Assembly (NCBI RefSeq): GCF_003072485.1
Contig: NZ_CP025989.1
Location: 120,001 to 152,000 of the forward strand
Length of the DNA stretch: 32,000 nt
Source: Candidatus Fokinia solitaria
GTDB taxonomy: Bacteria; Pseudomonadota; Alphaproteobacteria; Rickettsiales; Midichloriaceae
Reading direction: 5' to 3'
Part shown: piece by piece, positions 28,259-32,000 of the stretch
Position numbering within the stretch: position 1 is the first letter of the stretch
How the letters are laid out: each line of letters starts with the position of its first letter
Made by a program: the position numbers and the translations under genes
The notes under the pieces: generated by a model
What the model saw: only the letters and a program-made list of their open reading frames with translations
The model's database searches: none
Told to the model about the DNA's origin: nothing

Positions 28259-29968
28259 ATGTTTGATGTATTGATACTACTATCGGTCTCTATTTTTATT
28301 GTCGTACTGTCACATAAAATTAAGTTAAGTCCTGTATTAGGGTACTTAACGATCGGCGCGGTACTTGGCAAGCATGGATTCAATATCGTGCAAGATCATT
28401 CGGTGATAGAGATGCTTGCTGAACTTGGCGTAACACTTCTGCTGTTCGTCATAGGACTTGAGCTGACATTCGAAAGGCTGATAAAAATGAGATGGTATGT
28501 GATCGGAATGGGTGGAGGACAGGTGATTCTCACATCGGTGCTGCTGTCTATCATAATCATGAAACTCTCGTCTCTCGAACATCATGTATGTATCTTAATA
28601 GGAACGTCTCTCAGTTTATCTTCGACAGCGATTGTAATGCCAGTACTGGAAGAGAACAAGAGGACGTCCACTCGCGTAGGACGAGCTGCACTCGCAATAC
28701 TGTTATTGCAAGATATTATAGTTGTATTATTGTTTTCTGTTACTGAGCTTCTATCCACAAAAGAAAGTACTGATACAATACTTTCTGCGATGGGGATTGC
28801 GGCTTTGAAAGCAATGGTTGGAATTATTGGTATTACTATTGCAGGACGTATTTTTTTGAGACCGTTTCTATCATTGATTGGAAGCGTGAAGAAAGAGGAA
28901 ATATATGTGGCAACTGCTGTTTTCTTAGTACTTGGCGCTTCGCATGTGATGAAGAAATTTGGCGTGTCAGAAGCAATGGGCGCTTTGTTAGCAGGGATAT
29001 TGATTGCTGAAACAGAATATAGACAGAAAATAGAAGAGAGTATCATGCCATTCTATGGTCTATTGTTAGGATTGTTCTTCTTTACTGTAGGTATGTCTCT
29101 TGATTTAGACGAAGTAGCGCAGAATTATGAGAAGATTTTTTGTGGCGCAGTCATATTACTTGTTTGTAAAGGGTTGATAATTGGAATACTGTGTCGATTA
29201 TGGAAAATGAGTTGGGGCGCAGCGGCGCATGCTGGTTTAGTTTTAGGACAAGGAGGAGAATTTACATTCGTGTTATTCTCCTTAGCATCTGGAAAGGGGC
29301 TGATTGAGCCAGAAATGACCCGTTTGTTATATATGATTATCACCATTAGCATGGCTTTCACACCGTTACTGGCTTTTATTGGTATGAAGATAGAGGATTT
29401 AGTAGAATCAAAGAACTTGTCATTAGCTTCGAAAGAACGTAGTGAAATAAGTGATCTTGAACAACATGTAATAATTGCAGGATTTGGTAGAGTAGGGCGT
29501 ACTGTGGCATACATGTTAGAACAAGAGCAAATACCGTATGTTGCATTAGATAGTAATGTTATGCTGGTAAAAACAGCTAGAAGAGAGGGTTTTCCGGTAT
29601 TTTATGCAGATTTTCTGAAAAAAGAGTCATTAGACACTGTAAGAACAGATAAAGCGCAAGCTGTAGTATTGTGCATGAGTGATAAAGGAATACTTGCAAA
29701 GGCAGTACGTATGTTTGGTGAGTATTTCAGTGATGTACCTCTTATAGCCAAAGTAGAGGACTATAGGCACTCAAGGGGAATCAAAAAGTTAGGTGCATCT
29801 CAAACAGTACCAACTACGATAGAGACGGGGCTGCAATTAGGAGGATGTGTATTAATGAGATTAGAGATACCTGAAAGTGAAGTGATAAAATTAAAGCAAA
29901 AAATTAGGAAAAATGATTATCTATTGATAGAAGAAATAGAATTATTCAAAGGTGTATCGCACGATTAG
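28259..29968 (+). CDS. Monovalent cation:proton antiporter-2 family, KefB/KefC-like, with C-terminal TrkA-N (RCK-N) domain
   Basis: 569 aa. SPVLGYLTIGAVLGKHGF, LAELGVTLLLFVIGLELTFERLIKMR, SSTAIVMPVL, FGVSEAMGALLAGILIAETEYR, LVLGQGGEFTFVLFSLA, and Rossmann HVIIAGFGRVGRTVAYMLEQEQIPYVALDSN. Confidence 0.93.
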   Translation: MFDVLILLSVSIFIVVLSHKIKLSPVLGYLTIGAVLGKHGFNIVQDHSVIEMLAELGVTLLLFVIGLELTFERLIKMRWYVIGMGGGQVILTSVLLSIIIMKLSSLEHHVCILIGTSLSLSSTAIVMPVLEENKRTSTRVGRAALAILLLQDIIVVLLFSVTELLSTKESTDTILSAMGIAALKAMVGIIGITIAGRIFLRPFLSLIGSVKKEEIYVATAVFLVLGASHVMKKFGVSEAMGALLAGILIAETEYRQKIEESIMPFYGLLLGLFFFTVGMSLDLDEVAQNYEKIFCGAVILLVCKGLIIGILCRLWKMSWGAAAHAGLVLGQGGEFTFVLFSLASGKGLIEPEMTRLLYMIITISMAFTPLLAFIGMKIEDLVESKNLSLASKERSEISDLEQHVIIAGFGRVGRTVAYMLEQEQIPYVALDSNVMLVKTARREGFPVFYADFLKKESLDTVRTDKAQAVVLCMSDKGILAKAVRMFGEYFSDVPLIAKVEDYRHSRGIKKLGASQTVPTTIETGLQLGGCVLMRLEIPESEVIKLKQKIRKNDYLLIEEIELFKGVSHD

Positions 29969-30034
29969 TGATGCTGAAGTTTACATCATATTCATTATTT
30001 GCAATACTAAACGCAGAAGGTAGTTAGAAAGAAG

Positions 30035-30493
30035 ATGTTCGGAAATTTATTGATGTTCTTGAAGTTTATTCTTCTATATGATGTAGTAAAGGGCATAGCA
30101 ATAGGTGTACTTTATTGCTTCAAGCCTAAAGTTACGATTCGATATCCGTTCGAAAGAAATCCAGTCGGCACGAAGATGAGAGGAGAGCACATGTTGCTGT
30201 TATATGATAACGGAGAAGAGAGATGCATAGGCTGTAAATTGTGTGAAGCCATATGTCCAGCACAGGCAATTACAATGGCCACGACTCAACTCAGTAATGG
30301 CACCAGATGTGCAACGCACTACGATATAGACATGACAAAGTGTATATATTGCGGATTATGCCAAGAAGCATGTCCTGTGTATGCAATAGTGGAAGGGCCA
30401 AACTATGATTTCGCTAAGGAAACTCACGTAGAGTTGGTATATACAAAATCTAAGTTGTTAGATAATGGAAAGAGGTGGGAGAGAGTTCTGTAG
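30035..30493 (+). CDS. nuoI: NADH-quinone oxidoreductase subunit I (8Fe ferredoxin-like)
   Basis: 152 aa. [33 protein letters not shown] and [52 protein letters not shown]: two CxxCxxCxxxCP clusters. Confidence 0.97.
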   Translation: MFGNLLMFLKFILLYDVVKGIAIGVLYCFKPKVTIRYPFERNPVGTKMRGEHMLLLYDNGEERCIGCKLCEAICPAQAITMATTQLSNGTRCATHYDIDMTKCIYCGLCQEACPVYAIVEGPNYDFAKETHVELVYTKSKLLDNGKRWERVL

Positions 30494-31454
30494 AAACAGG
30501 ATAATTGCGGTAGTAACTGTGAATTCTTGCGAGTAATTTAGGATAGATGCATTCAAAATAAGCTTTACACGCGATCTGAAATTTGTACCAATCGCTGTTT
30601 TGAAATTGAGAGATATCTTGCACAAATATCGTGTCATCAATGATTTCATGGTTGCTTATCTTTTTTATCCATTTCATTTCGTCGAAGTATTGTAGCTTTT
30701 TACTATAGGTAAGTTCTATATATTTACGATATTCTTGTATTCTATATTTTATATTTGGTATTTGAAATGTACTACCAAGAAATTGCTGCAGCTGTCTCTT
30801 GCTTTGTATATAATTAACTTTAGAGTGTTGTCTGAATTTCATATAATGCTTCAGAAGATATATTGCTGCTTCTATGAAAATAGCGTTATTATCCACGAGA
30901 GGGTTCTTTAGCCTCGTATCATACCACACGGTATTTATCGAATCCGGAAGAGTAAATGCATCTAGATGCCCTATTTGAAGGTAAGATCGCGGAGGGTATA
31001 ATGCATTTATCTCATCTATTACTCCTGAAAAATTTTGATGTGCCCATGTATCAGCGTAAGCATGCGATGCTATGCCTATGTAGTAAGGATCTTTAGTCTC
31101 TAATCCTTTTATTAGCATTTTTTTTGCTAAGTTGGCATTCTTGGTAGTGCATAAAAAATTTTTCACTTGATCGCTTCTATTTATCGCTACTATCTGCGGA
31201 TTTCCAGGTACGAAGTGAAATGCAAGATATAATATAAGAGGCAATTGAGAAGGATTCATTATATTATTACTGCAGCTTACATGATTTGTGAAAAGCTTGA
31301 TATTTTTTCCTGCTTTTGCCAAGTAAACATTGTATTGAGTATGATTGTGATCAACATACTGTGCGCTATACGCTATTTTACAAGCATCTTTGAATGTGAA
31401 GCCTGCGGTAATAGCGACAATAAAGTTGACGTAGTAGTGAAATTCAAAATTCAT
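30450..31454 (-). CDS. DUF6765-like protein (putative metal-dependent, phospholipase C-like helical fold)
   Basis: 334 aa. [37 protein letters not shown], and His/Asp-rich [18 protein letters not shown] and [13 protein letters not shown]. These match my recollection of the DUF6765 family. No signal peptide is apparent. Confidence 0.55.
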   Translation of the reverse strand: MNFEFHYYVNFIVAITAGFTFKDACKIAYSAQYVDHNHTQYNVYLAKAGKNIKLFTNHVSCSNNIMNPSQLPLILYLAFHFVPGNPQIVAINRSDQVKNFLCTTKNANLAKKMLIKGLETKDPYYIGIASHAYADTWAHQNFSGVIDEINALYPPRSYLQIGHLDAFTLPDSINTVWYDTRLKNPLVDNNAIFIEAAIYLLKHYMKFRQHSKVNYIQSKRQLQQFLGSTFQIPNIKYRIQEYRKYIELTYSKKLQYFDEMKWIKKISNHEIIDDTIFVQDISQFQNSDWYKFQIACKAYFECIYPKLLARIHSYYRNYPVSTELSPTSFHYLTT

Positions 31455-31523
31455 TTTCGATTTTAGCGTTTCCAGCTGTATGCATACATGCGTATTGTAA
31501 TCTGCGGAAGATGATCGACGATT

Positions 31524-32000
31524 TTATCGCTTCATCGCGATGTGTAGAAGTTGCGCCACGCTTATGCATATCAGTTTATGTTCTGATGCAAACTGAAACA
31601 CATCATTTCCTGCTAGTGGAAAGCCTTTTGCGTCCAGTACTTCACATCCTGCGCCTGCTTCATGCATATTTGCTAGCTGCATCAGAAAAACAATAGACTC
31701 TGTATGTCCTTTTCTCGTCTTTAGTCCTCCATCTCTAGCGATAATTGGAAAAATGTGTCCCGGAGTTTTAAATGAATGCGCGATAGATGTAGGATCTGCT
31801 AGTGCGTTGATAGTTTTAGCTCTTTCCATCGTAGAAATACCAGTAGTAGAGTCTATATGATCCACTGACATCGTAAAAGCAGTAAAATCATTGCTTCCTC
31901 TTACATCTTGTAACTTCAAGGAAAGTTTTGTTGCTATAGAGGCTGAAATTGCTACATATACAAGACCTCTACAATGAGTTACCATAAAATTGACGATTTC
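31524..32000 (-). CDS. ribB: 3,4-dihydroxy-2-butanone 4-phosphate synthase, 5' end outside the window
   Basis: The frame stays open to the window edge (EIVNFMVTHCRGLVYVAIS). FTAFTMSVDHIDSTTGISTMERAKTINAL, KTPGHIFPIIARDGGLKTRKGHTESIVFLMQLANM and FPLAGNDVFQFASEHKL are RibB signatures. Confidence 0.95.
   Translation of the reverse strand, partial: EIVNFMVTHCRGLVYVAISASIATKLSLKLQDVRGSNDFTAFTMSVDHIDSTTGISTMERAKTINALADPTSIAHSFKTPGHIFPIIARDGGLKTRKGHTESIVFLMQLANMHEAGAGCEVLDAKGFPLAGNDVFQFASEHKLICISVAQLLHIAMKR

Noticed and set aside
28582-29046. Antisense ORFs (28582..29046, 29125..29514, 28346..28585) opposite the KefB/C-like gene
   Set aside because: The sense strand has conserved antiporter and Rossmann motifs, so these are shadow ORFs.
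31511-31696. 61-aa plus-strand ORF and 31245..31466 plus-strand ORF near the right end
   Set aside because: They are opposite ribB and the DUF6765-like CDS and lack any motif.

Overview
This AT-rich window looks like part of the chromosome of an obligate intracellular alphaproteobacterium in the order Rickettsiales. That placement is inferred from an rvh-type type IV secretion cluster with two large VirB6 proteins and a second, diverged VirB4, a DUF2610-like protein, and the overall gene mix. Left to right it contains: ispH (partial); tyrS; a diverged VirB4-like pseudo-ATPase on the minus strand, head to head with virB3-virB4-virB6-virB6-like on the plus strand; tRNA-Arg(TCT); queF; hscB with an N-terminal tetracysteine motif; a solitary phage/GTA-type large terminase; pssA; a DUF2610-like protein with a 30-bp tandem-repeat tail; fabG; ruvA; a probable lipoprotein with a degenerate M23/LytM domain; eno; an aroK-like kinase with eroded substrate-binding motifs; about 1 kb with no assignable gene; an isolated rpsS-rplB pair; a photolyase; mraY; a KefB/C-like antiporter; nuoI; a DUF6765-like putative metal-dependent protein; and ribB (partial). 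I found no CRISPR array, transposase, obvious defence island or clearly new multigene system. The most interesting signals are the pseudo-ATPase VirB4 paralog facing the T4SS operon, the large VirB6-like protein with repeat-bearing extension, several reading frames with eroded catalytic motifs (M23, AroK), the eukaryote-like zinc-motif HscB, and the broken ribosomal protein operon. All product calls come from motif recognition and were not tested by database search.
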